Position numbers and translations under genes: made by a program. DNA of 64,000 nucleotides, taken from Alphaproteobacteria bacterium (GTDB taxonomy: Bacteria; Pseudomonadota; Alphaproteobacteria; Rs-D84). Positions 47,484 to 56,911 of the stretch are shown in pieces. The notes under the pieces were generated by a model that made no database searches, had not been told where the DNA came from, and saw only the letters and a list, made by a program, of their open reading frames with translations. The stretch lies in contig JAVBPX010000007.1 of assembly GCA_031549365.1 (NCBI GenBank), positions 10,502 through 74,501 on the forward strand, in the 5' to 3' direction. Each line of letters opens with the position of its first letter. Position 1 is the stretch's first letter.

Positions 47484-49073
47484 TTACTCTTTGCGATCTG
47501 GATACTCACCCCTATCCAACTTCTCACGAATCTCGTGATGCTTCACTTTTTTCGTGCTGGTCTGTGGTAATTCATCCGTTGTCATCGCGTAATGTGTAAC
47601 CCATTTGTACGGCGCAATTTTAACATTTGACGAAGCAATATCAATCGCCAATTTTTGCATTGTTACCTCTGGTTTAACTTGGAATACTCCGTATGCAACC
47701 ATTTTGCCACGAATAACTCGTTCCAAAACAGCAGCCGATAAAATATCAGGATTCTGCAAATACAAATCTTCCAATTCATCTGGATAAACGTTTTTACCGC
47801 TGTCCAAAACGATGACTTGTTTTTTACGTCCTTTTACAACCAAACGGCCTTTTTTATCAAACATCCCCAAATCACCGGTTTTATACCAACCGTCTTCTGT
47901 GAATGAATCTGCATTTGCTTCCGGGTTATTAATGTACCCAGGCATAACAACACGCCCACGAACATAAATTTCTCCAATTCCTTGCTTATTCGGTTCATTA
48001 ATCTTGACTTCGTTTCCAATTAATGGTCCGGCATAAACACGTTTTCCATCAGCATTAACGAATTCCAAATTAAAATTACTTGGCCCAGTTGTTTCTGTCA
48101 ATCCATAACAATCGCCGACTGTCATACCCAATGCTTCGTAAAATTTACGAATAGTTGGTTTTAACGTGGCCCCAGCTGAAATTAAAACAGAAACACGTCC
48201 ACCAAACATTTCATGAACTGGCTTGGTAATTCCTTTAACAATGAATCCTAAACCAATGGCACGCAAAAATCCGCGCATAGCCATAACAGTTTTGAACAAC
48301 CAATACACGCGTTTTTCTCTGTAACCATCAATAATTTTTTTGTAAAACACTTCCCACATGCGTGGCACAGCCGGAATAACTTGCGGACGATATTTTTTGA
48401 AATCAGCCAAAAATTCTTTTGGATTCATGCCCGGCTGTAATAACAATGAACCATCCAGCGCGATTGGAGCAATAATATTAATCACAAATCCATAAATATG
48501 GTACAGAGGCAAAAACCCATAAAATATAAACCCAGTCTTAATAACAGATCTATAATATTGTGCCCCATCATAAATACCCAAAATATTGTCATGCGTTAAG
48601 CCAACAATCTTTGGATTCCCAGTCGATCCCGAAGTAAATGATAATGACGCCAAATCATCCAATTCTACATCGGCGGCAACAAAATCTTTTTCATCGCCTG
48701 TATCTTTGGAATTAATGTCATACATTTCCGGTCCGCCTTCAACGAACAAGTTTTTCTCGGCCAGAGCAATTGAACAATTCGTACGTGCCATCATGTTCAA
48801 ATGTTCTGTTTTGGCCAATGATGTGTCCAACATTAAAACTCTGGCTCCTTGTGAAACCACGGCAAAATATGAAACCAAAAATTGTGGAGAATTTGAACAT
48901 AACAAAGCAACAGTATCGCCTTTTTTAATCCCCAATTTTTTTGACAAAGTAACCGCACGCAATTTAACCAAGCGCAACAAGTCAGCATATGTCAAATTTT
49001 CCCTTACAAAAAACAAACGCTCTTTATTCTTCTCGCATGTTTCTTGTAACATTTGATATATATTTTTAAACAT
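47484..49073 (-). CDS. Long-chain acyl-CoA synthetase / AMP-binding enzyme (paralog 2)
   Basis: FTSGSTGNPK, YGLTET, TGD and GRKK...GKNVYPDE motifs. Confidence 0.9.
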   Translation of the reverse strand: MFKNIYQMLQETCEKNKERLFFVRENLTYADLLRLVKLRAVTLSKKLGIKKGDTVALLCSNSPQFLVSYFAVVSQGARVLMLDTSLAKTEHLNMMARTNCSIALAEKNLFVEGGPEMYDINSKDTGDEKDFVAADVELDDLASLSFTSGSTGNPKIVGLTHDNILGIYDGAQYYRSVIKTGFIFYGFLPLYHIYGFVINIIAPIALDGSLLLQPGMNPKEFLADFKKYRPQVIPAVPRMWEVFYKKIIDGYREKRVYWLFKTVMAMRGFLRAIGLGFIVKGITKPVHEMFGGRVSVLISAGATLKPTIRKFYEALGMTVGDCYGLTETTGPSNFNLEFVNADGKRVYAGPLIGNEVKINEPNKQGIGEIYVRGRVVMPGYINNPEANADSFTEDGWYKTGDLGMFDKKGRLVVKGRKKQVIVLDSGKNVYPDELEDLYLQNPDILSAAVLERVIRGKMVAYGVFQVKPEVTMQKLAIDIASSNVKIAPYKWVTHYAMTTDELPQTSTKKVKHHEIREKLDRGEYPDRKE

Positions 49074-49374
49074 TACTACTCCTTACTTGCATTCCACCAG
49101 CAAACCATTCGCTGGCGAATTTTTATGTGCGGTCCCCCACACAAACTATCATTTATTGTCATTGCCAATGTAACAAAGCAATCTCGGCAATACAAACATT
49201 TCCTCTTACATACTCCAAAATCTGTAACTACACAATTCTCACAAACTATAAATCGTGTCAGAATTATGTAGTTACAAAGAATTTATTGTTTTTTATGGCC
49301 CGCGGTTTACATAAACGTAAATAAGGGTCATAAAAACAATAAACTTGTTGGTAAATGCGTGATTATCACACGAT

Positions 49375-50964
49375 TTACTCTTTACGTTGGGAATACTCAC
49401 CTTTTTCCAACATCTTCCTAACTTCATGATGCTTTACCTTTTTTGTACTTGTCTGTGGTAATTCATCATTCGTCATCGCATAATGTGTAACCCATTTATA
49501 TGACGCGACACGCATATTTTGCTTGGCAATACCCTTACCCAATTGCTCCAATGTAACATCAGGCTTAACTTGAAATACGCCATATGACACAGTCTTATTC
49601 TTGACCTTATGTTCAAACACAGCAACATTTTCAACCCCAGGTATTTCCATATATAATGCTTCCAATTCGTCTGGATATACATTTTTACCGCTATCTAAAA
49701 CAATAACTTGTTTTTTACGTCCACGGAAAAATAAATCTCCCTTTTCATCCATGACAGCCAAATCCCCGGTATTAAACCAACCATCTTTGTCAAACACTTC
49801 TGAATTGGCCAATTCGTTGTCCAAATATCCTTTGAATACAGAATGCCCACGAACCCACAATTCGCCAACGCCTTCGTTGTTTTTGTTACGAATTTGACAT
49901 TCATTGTTTGACAACGATCCGCCAATTGAAAACGGCTTTCTATGCTTTGTTGGCTTACTGATACAGATTGGTCCCACGGTTTCGGTCAAACCATAGCCCT
50001 GAATAAATCCAAATCCCAACCGGGTATAGAATAATTCGATTTCAGGTTTCGTAGCGGCCCCACCAGCAATTAATAAACGAACACGTCCGCCGAACAAATC
50101 ATGAACCGGCCCAGTTAATTTGCGAACAACAAAACCCAACCCCATTGCTTTTAAAAATTTTTGTGATTTTAAAATAAACTTCAATACGCCGTACATATGC
50201 TTTGCTTTGTAGTTTTCAACAATCTTGTTATAAAATACTTCCCACAATCTTGGCACCGCAGGAATAACATGTGGCCTATATTGTTTAAAATCGGCCATAA
50301 TATCTTTTGGGTTCATCCCTGGCTGTAACAAAATATTTGCACGATAATGTAACGTCGCCAAAATTTCTACAGCAAATCCATACACATGATACATTGGCAA
50401 AAATCCATATAAACAAGCACCATGATGAATGTATTCGGACATATCTTCCAACGAATTGGCCGTTTCAACCAAATTGAAATGTGTCAAAGGCACAACCTTT
50501 GGCATCCCAGTAGATCCAGAAGTAAATGATAACGAAGCAATTTCACAAGACGCAGCTTCATATGGTTTAAATACAAACCCTTTTTCCAACGCTGGATCTT
50601 TTTCTGTAATATCGTGAAATTTAAAATTCTTGCTTTCAAAGAAAAAACTTTTCTCGGCCAAAATCAATTTACAATTAACAATCTTGGTCATATTTTCATA
50701 TTCATATGGTGTTAAATTGGTATCCAACATCAAGACACGACCCCCGGCCGCCAAAATCGCAAAATACGACAATGGGAATTCTGGAATATTATGCGCCAAA
50801 ATACCAACAGTATCACCTGGCTGAACTTTATATTTTTTTTGTAAATTTACGGCTCTGGCATTAACCAATTCCAAAAATTCACCATACGTAGTTCCCTCAC
50901 GGGTTAAAAACACATTGCTTGGGACTTCCCTAACAACCTGTTCCAAAAATTGATACATATTCAT
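49375..50964 (-). CDS. Long-chain acyl-CoA synthetase / AMP-binding enzyme (paralog 1)
   Basis: FTSGSTGMPK, GYGLTET and TGD motifs; ATG at 50964 with SD AAGGA. Confidence 0.9.
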   Translation of the reverse strand: MNMYQFLEQVVREVPSNVFLTREGTTYGEFLELVNARAVNLQKKYKVQPGDTVGILAHNIPEFPLSYFAILAAGGRVLMLDTNLTPYEYENMTKIVNCKLILAEKSFFFESKNFKFHDITEKDPALEKGFVFKPYEAASCEIASLSFTSGSTGMPKVVPLTHFNLVETANSLEDMSEYIHHGACLYGFLPMYHVYGFAVEILATLHYRANILLQPGMNPKDIMADFKQYRPHVIPAVPRLWEVFYNKIVENYKAKHMYGVLKFILKSQKFLKAMGLGFVVRKLTGPVHDLFGGRVRLLIAGGAATKPEIELFYTRLGFGFIQGYGLTETVGPICISKPTKHRKPFSIGGSLSNNECQIRNKNNEGVGELWVRGHSVFKGYLDNELANSEVFDKDGWFNTGDLAVMDEKGDLFFRGRKKQVIVLDSGKNVYPDELEALYMEIPGVENVAVFEHKVKNKTVSYGVFQVKPDVTLEQLGKGIAKQNMRVASYKWVTHYAMTNDELPQTSTKKVKHHEVRKMLEKGEYSQRKE

Positions 50965-50985
50965 TTTTTTTCCTTTTTTATGTTC

Positions 50986-51053
50986 CACCTGCGTTTATAA
51001 CGGACCAGGCGTGTATCATAACTTCATCTGCGTTTATAACGGGCCAGACGTGT
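50986..51053 (-). promoter_or_regulatory. Tandem 29-nt bulged hairpins in the 5' leader of the acyl-CoA synthetase
   Basis: ACACGyCTGGyCCGTTATAAACGCAGrTG twice, 10 nt apart; promoter TTGACT-17 bp-TATCAT at 51088-51116. Confidence 0.6.
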
Positions 51054-51758
51054 TTTGGATTTGCCATTTATACAAAATGACCTCGATATGATAACTATCC
51101 GCGGGAAAAAAGTCAACATCCCAAGAATAAATTACCACTCACCAAAACACACGTAAAATTTTTATTCCAAATTATACCTCTCTCAAAATCCCAACCATAT
51201 TAAAACCTCACTCCTGGCGCCCCCGCACCAATCCCAACCATTATATTATGTCATTACTAGGGGCCAAGGCTCCGTGGCAATCTTTATCTCGGCGAAACAA
51301 CGTGCCGACGGATCATTGCAATTAAAAACCATCTCGCCCCTCCGGGGAGAGATAATAAAACATATGATCTTCGATCATCATGTTTTATAGAGAGGGGGAA
51401 ATAAAAACAATAACCACAATTAAACCATCCCAAACCCCTGGTCATCCGGATCGCGCAGCCGAGAGGATCCAGTAAAACAAACGTTGCGACAGCAACTTTT
51501 TATTGTCATCCCTCGAAACCACAACTCCGCTCGAATTCCAACGATATAAAAAACTCAACCATTAAAAATTAATAAACATAAACAAGGGTTCTAAAAAACG
51601 ACGAACCTGTTCCGAGGCGATACGTTTTCATTGATTTAAAACATTTCAAAATGCGATGATATGGCGGGTTCTTTTTATTTCCGAGTGGGCCGAGCATATA
51701 TAAACATATGTGATGTCCCCGATGAAAATGAAAAAACGCGCCATTGCGCGCATTTTCA

Positions 51759-53909
51759 TTAATTTTTATTGGTATATCCCATTGACGCTCTGTGCTTCTC
51801 TACTAAAAACTCTGGCACAGCAGGGCTCGGCGGAATCGCGGATTTTTCTATTAATTTTGCATCTTCATATGAACGAACATGATCTGCCTTAATCGGACGA
51901 TTTGCATACCCCTGCAATATTACCAACTGATTTTTTGTACTCATCGTAACAATATCCATTGGGGAAAACAAAACAGATTCTTTTTTCTCGTCTTTTCCAT
52001 CTTTTGTTTCAATCTTAATTTTTGTACCCATCATTTCGGAAAATATTTTTGCAGTCTCTAAATTATTCTGGCGCAATACAATCTTCGCCGCGGTGGTTGA
52101 CATTAAAATTTCCATATTTTCTTTTGAATACTTGGCGGCAATCTGTTGCAAATCTTGCCCAATTAATAAATAAGAAACCTTCTGCCCACGACCCAAATCC
52201 GGCCCTTCGATAACAGCTTGTAATTTCGCCATCTTTGGAAATTCGTCCAACACAAATAACACAGGGCAAGGTCCTAACTTTTTACCCGCATGTTCAAATT
52301 CTGGCGGATTCGCAATTAAAAATCTGGACATCAAAGTAACAAAAATCCCAGTAATTGGATTCAAAGCATCTGCATCAACCTGATTAATGGACAAATAAAC
52401 AGTAACAGGTTTCATTTTTCCATCACGCGGATCAATCATTCCACGCAAATCTTCGAAATGGAAATCGGAATGCGAAGTCCTCGCACGCACGGCCGAATTT
52501 TTGAAAATCGCCATTGATGCGGCAACGGTGGACAAAATGGATCCACGTTCACGATCTGGCGTATTTGCCAACTGTGTTAATTCTTGAATCGAGCGATGCG
52601 CATAACCAAATTGACGCCCTTCGTTCACAGCATCTTGGAACAAATCTTTCATCGGATCTGCCAACGCCACCATTTGATCTCCTTGGCGGCGACGATTTTC
52701 CAATTCTTCTGTAATATTAATCTGACTGGTTGTAATCCAATCCAATAACATAGACAACGAAGCTTCCTTACCAACCCACTGCGGCGGAATCCCTTTCCAG
52801 GTCCCAACCGGCACATAATTCATAATATTCATCTGACCGTTGTTTAATAAATTCCAAGCCCCTTCGGCATTTAAATCATTCATTTTCATATAATAACTTG
52901 ATAATAAAACCTTGTCCTCGGCATCAAAAGTATTTGTTTTAAACCGATGATAAAAATAATCATTTGCGCGCGCACGTTCACACTTGGAAACAATGAATTG
53001 AATCAAACCTGATAAAGCTGCACGCCCTGATAATGTCCAATGTGGATCGGCGGACGACGCAGCCTTGTCTTCAACCAATACAGCCACCATACTGTCCACA
53101 TACAAATCGCGCTCGGCCGGATCTTGCGGCACATGCGATGGCGACAAAGGATTCCAACTCGGATAATAAATCCCGGCATCTGGATTATCCTGGCCCGCCC
53201 AATTGATAATAAACACGGGCCCAACTGTTGAACGATACCCGGACGTCAAATGCGCCAATTCCGGCTTTGGATCATTAACAATCATGGACACAGTATCACA
53301 CTCAAAAATTGTTGGCATAACAACACCCTTGGTTTTACCTGTCCCCGGGGGTGCCACGCATAATACAGATAACGTTTCATCCAACTTTAACCACTTTTTT
53401 TTGAATTGCCCCAACACAACCATAAACCCTTTGAATAAACCCATTTTTTCAACATCTTTTTCCGCCGCTTCCAAAGAACTCTTTTCATCAAACTTATCCT
53501 TACCATATGGATTGAATTCTTTGACCACCTCGGAATCGCGTAACATATAAATAACAATCTGCCCAACCAATGGAACAATCATATAAATATCAGTGCGAAA
53601 AAAAGCACGCTCAAACCAAGCGGGAATTTCCGCAAATACAGACATTCCAAAACTGCTGACAATATGATTAAAATATAATCCCAACCAAGCCGTGGTGGCC
53701 GTCGAAAATCCGTAACGAAAAATATGTTCAACTGGAAATGATAATGCCAAAACAATGTATGCCAATATTGTTAACGCAAGGCTATACCGCATACGCCAAA
53801 ACATTTGGGCCATTGGGGCTTTTTCATGATCCTTGTACGCAGCAGACGAAAAGATCTTAAACCCTTTTCCCTTACCACCCACAGATAATAAATTTGGTAA
53901 TTTTGCCAT
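51759..53909 (-). CDS. virD4: Type IV secretion coupling protein VirD4/TraG
   Basis: N-terminal TM segments; APPGTGKTKGVVMP, DPKPE, WNPL, LDEFP and QDLQQI motifs. Confidence 0.92.
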   Translation of the reverse strand: MAKLPNLLSVGGKGKGFKIFSSAAYKDHEKAPMAQMFWRMRYSLALTILAYIVLALSFPVEHIFRYGFSTATTAWLGLYFNHIVSSFGMSVFAEIPAWFERAFFRTDIYMIVPLVGQIVIYMLRDSEVVKEFNPYGKDKFDEKSSLEAAEKDVEKMGLFKGFMVVLGQFKKKWLKLDETLSVLCVAPPGTGKTKGVVMPTIFECDTVSMIVNDPKPELAHLTSGYRSTVGPVFIINWAGQDNPDAGIYYPSWNPLSPSHVPQDPAERDLYVDSMVAVLVEDKAASSADPHWTLSGRAALSGLIQFIVSKCERARANDYFYHRFKTNTFDAEDKVLLSSYYMKMNDLNAEGAWNLLNNGQMNIMNYVPVGTWKGIPPQWVGKEASLSMLLDWITTSQINITEELENRRRQGDQMVALADPMKDLFQDAVNEGRQFGYAHRSIQELTQLANTPDRERGSILSTVAASMAIFKNSAVRARTSHSDFHFEDLRGMIDPRDGKMKPVTVYLSINQVDADALNPITGIFVTLMSRFLIANPPEFEHAGKKLGPCPVLFVLDEFPKMAKLQAVIEGPDLGRGQKVSYLLIGQDLQQIAAKYSKENMEILMSTTAAKIVLRQNNLETAKIFSEMMGTKIKIETKDGKDEKKESVLFSPMDIVTMSTKNQLVILQGYANRPIKADHVRSYEDAKLIEKSAIPPSPAVPEFLVEKHRASMGYTNKN

Positions 53910-54080
53910 TCATTCCTCTTCTCGCGCCTAATTATATCACATTTCGTGAAAAAAGACAGTGGAAAATCATCCCCATTTAATGTTATGATATGTACAAACA
54001 ATGTCATCAAAATTAATAATTGTCATTGCGAGGAGTCATAACTCCATAGCAATCATTGCAATTAAACAACGAGGATTTCA

Positions 54081-54374
54081 ATGCGATCTGACTTCAAACT
54101 TTTTTGGATTGGCTGGGGAATGTTGGCAATCTCTGCCTTAACAGTCATGTTATTACAGGTCGGCTCTCAACAACAATTGGACGAATTAACAAAACTAAAA
54201 CGCGACATTGTAAAATCCCAGCAATACAAAACGGAATTGGAAGCAACCTTTGCATCCCTAACCCGCCCCGAAGTATTACGTTCCGTGGTATCATCCGTAT
54301 ATCCAAATTTTGAACCAATATCATTTACAAAAATTGTTGATGTTGAACAATTGCCTCTGCGGGGTCAAATTTAA
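54081..54374 (+). CDS. ftsL: Cell division protein FtsL-like
   Basis: TM segment plus coiled coil ending LEATFASLTRPE; overlaps the ftsI start. Confidence 0.7.
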   Translation: MRSDFKLFWIGWGMLAISALTVMLLQVGSQQQLDELTKLKRDIVKSQQYKTELEATFASLTRPEVLRSVVSSVYPNFEPISFTKIVDVEQLPLRGQI

Positions 54375-56026
54375 TGGTTAAACGTAAAAAATTCACTGTT
54401 GGGTCCGACGTAATCACCGACATATTGGGCGGCACAAAATCCCACAAATTACAGGTCGTCGAAAACCCATGGGTTTCACGGATCCAGGTTTTATTGCTCG
54501 CCTTTACAATTATATTCGTCGCATTCGCAATTAAATTATTGATACTCGGATCTGACACATCTTTTCATCGCACACGTGGTGGGGTTGGCAATGCAAACTG
54601 GGATTTTATGCGTGCAGCAATCGTTGATCGACATGGTGAATTATTGGCCGTAAATGTACCGGCAGGACATATCATTGTCCGTCCAAATTTGGTCCGCGAT
54701 CGTGACGAAGTGGTCAAAACAATCCGCACCGTTTTTCCAAATGAATCTTACGATTCCTTATTGAAACAAATCACAACTGATTCCAAATATGTATACATAA
54801 AAAAATTCACCTCTGAAACAAACGCGAACAAGATCAAGTCCGCCCGAATCCCAGGCCTCGACGTTGAAATGACAGAAAAGCGCTTGTATCCAAAACGCAA
54901 TTTATTCGCGCATGTTGTTGGTTTTGTTGGATCCGACGGTCGCGGACTCGAAGGTGCTGAAAAATGGTTCGACTCTGATTTACGCGGAAAATCGGATCCA
55001 GTCGCAATTTCAATTGATTCCCGGGTCCAGGCAGTAATGCACCAAGAATTGATGAAATCCGTCCAAAAATTTCATGCAAATTATGCAATGGGCATGTTAA
55101 TTAAATCCGAAACAGGCGAAATGATTGCAATGGTATCCGTACCCGATTTTGATCCTGAAAATCCACTGAATTCTCCTGTCGAAAACCGTTTCTTTAAACC
55201 ATTACAAGGCGCCTATGAAATGGGATCCGTCTTTAAAATTTTCAATACCGCATTGGCAATCGAAACTGGCATTGGACTTCGCCGTGAATACGACGTATCT
55301 AAACCATATACAATCCGTGGAAAAACAATCCGCGACGTCCCATCATTCAAACCACCACGCCCTCATATTTCTGTTGCTGAAATTATGTTGCACTCATCAA
55401 ACGTTGGGTCCGCCCAAATCGCATCCGATCTTCCGGACAATGCACAACGCGAAATGATGAAACGCCTCGGATTTATGGACGCCCTCGAAACAGATTTTGT
55501 AACAACCGCAAAACCAGTATTGCCTCGCCAATGGGGCCCTGTTGAACGCGCAACAATTTCATTCGGACACGGTATTGCGATAACACCAATGCATTTATTA
55601 ACCGCGGTTAACGCAATGGTAAACGGCGGAATTTATGTAACGCCAACATTGAAAAAACAGGAACAAAATGGCGTTGTTCACGGCCGCCGTGTTGTAACAC
55701 CAGAAGTATCCTCTCAAATCCGTCAAATCATGTATTTGATTGCTGAAAAAACCACCGCAAAAAAGGCTCGCATCGCAGGCATCGACATCGGCGGAAAAAC
55801 CGGTACCGCTGAAAAATTGGTAAACGGCAAATATGATTCCGGCCGTGTTTTCACAGTATTCGTTGGCGCTTTTCCAATCAACGCACCACAATATACTTTG
55901 ATAATAATGTTGGACGAGCCCAAGGGAATCTCGGAAACCTGGGGCTTTAAAACAGCCGCCTGGAACGCCGTCCCAACCGCAGGCGCGGTAATGGATACGG
56001 TCCTTCCTCTCCTCTTCAACGAATAA
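54374..56026 (+). CDS. ftsI: Peptidoglycan transpeptidase PBP3
   Basis: RAAIVDRHG, GSVFK (SxxK), SSNVG (SxN) and GKTGT motifs. Confidence 0.93.
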   Translation: MVKRKKFTVGSDVITDILGGTKSHKLQVVENPWVSRIQVLLLAFTIIFVAFAIKLLILGSDTSFHRTRGGVGNANWDFMRAAIVDRHGELLAVNVPAGHIIVRPNLVRDRDEVVKTIRTVFPNESYDSLLKQITTDSKYVYIKKFTSETNANKIKSARIPGLDVEMTEKRLYPKRNLFAHVVGFVGSDGRGLEGAEKWFDSDLRGKSDPVAISIDSRVQAVMHQELMKSVQKFHANYAMGMLIKSETGEMIAMVSVPDFDPENPLNSPVENRFFKPLQGAYEMGSVFKIFNTALAIETGIGLRREYDVSKPYTIRGKTIRDVPSFKPPRPHISVAEIMLHSSNVGSAQIASDLPDNAQREMMKRLGFMDALETDFVTTAKPVLPRQWGPVERATISFGHGIAITPMHLLTAVNAMVNGGIYVTPTLKKQEQNGVVHGRRVVTPEVSSQIRQIMYLIAEKTTAKKARIAGIDIGGKTGTAEKLVNGKYDSGRVFTVFVGAFPINAPQYTLIIMLDEPKGISETWGFKTAAWNAVPTAGAVMDTVLPLLFNE

Positions 56027-56218
56027 AAAACCAATAATAAAACACCACGCTCGAAACATTTCAAACTGTGATAATTGGCACGAATTTTTAAATTTTCAGA
56101 CCCGTGGTGTATATAAACATACATAAGGGTTTGAAAATTTAAAAACTTGTTGTCCCAGGGCGCATTTTCAAATGTTTCGCTCTTTACAAACAACCTGTAT
56201 TTATGCTAAACTTAATGC

Positions 56219-56911
56219 ATGGAAAATCGTGGAATTTTGTTTTGGTCTACTATGACCCTCACTCTGATACTTGCAATATATGTATCCGTGCGGGTAATGA
56301 TGGTAACGGCGGGTTCTTCTCCCATCACACGCATATCGAACATAACGTTTTCTCCAGATCCAACAATCATTGATAAACGCCGCGTGGTTCAATTAATGAA
56401 TTTACAAAACAATGTATCTGTATATGAATTGGATATGGATATTATGGTTGAACACATTCAAACAATTCCTGAAATTGAATACGTTTCAATTGCCCGCCAC
56501 CCTAATGGAAATCTAACAATCCGCATCCGCGAACGCGCCACAGTTGCTTTCTGGAAATCGGATAACAAATATTATCCCTTGGATGAAATGGGTCGATTAA
56601 TTGACCGCCCAATTTCTGAACGTCCTGAAAATTTACCTCTTTTTATTGGTGCCCAACCAACTGATGTTTCCAAGATAATTAAAACAATAAACAACCACGC
56701 AATTTTAATGGATCGGGTTGCTTCCATCGAATTGGTCGAAGACCGCCGTTGGAACATTAACTTATCATCCGGCACAACAATTATGCTACCCGAAACAGAC
56801 ATCGATACTGTATTAAAAAACCTTGCAAAATATCAACAACGCGCATTACTGTTGGATCGCGAAATTGAAAGAATTGATCTACGTGATAAAAACCGCATAT
56901 TGGTACGATAA
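56219..56911 (+). CDS. ftsQ: Cell division protein FtsQ/DivIB
   Basis: TM segment, POTRA-like region, RRWN and C-terminal IDLR; precedes ftsA. Confidence 0.85.
   Translation: MENRGILFWSTMTLTLILAIYVSVRVMMVTAGSSPITRISNITFSPDPTIIDKRRVVQLMNLQNNVSVYELDMDIMVEHIQTIPEIEYVSIARHPNGNLTIRIRERATVAFWKSDNKYYPLDEMGRLIDRPISERPENLPLFIGAQPTDVSKIIKTINNHAILMDRVASIELVEDRRWNINLSSGTTIMLPETDIDTVLKNLAKYQQRALLLDREIERIDLRDKNRILVR

Noticed and set aside
50986-51053. Two 29-nt repeats as a mini-CRISPR
   Set aside because: Spacer is only 10 nt and there are just two copies; better explained as a leader structure.
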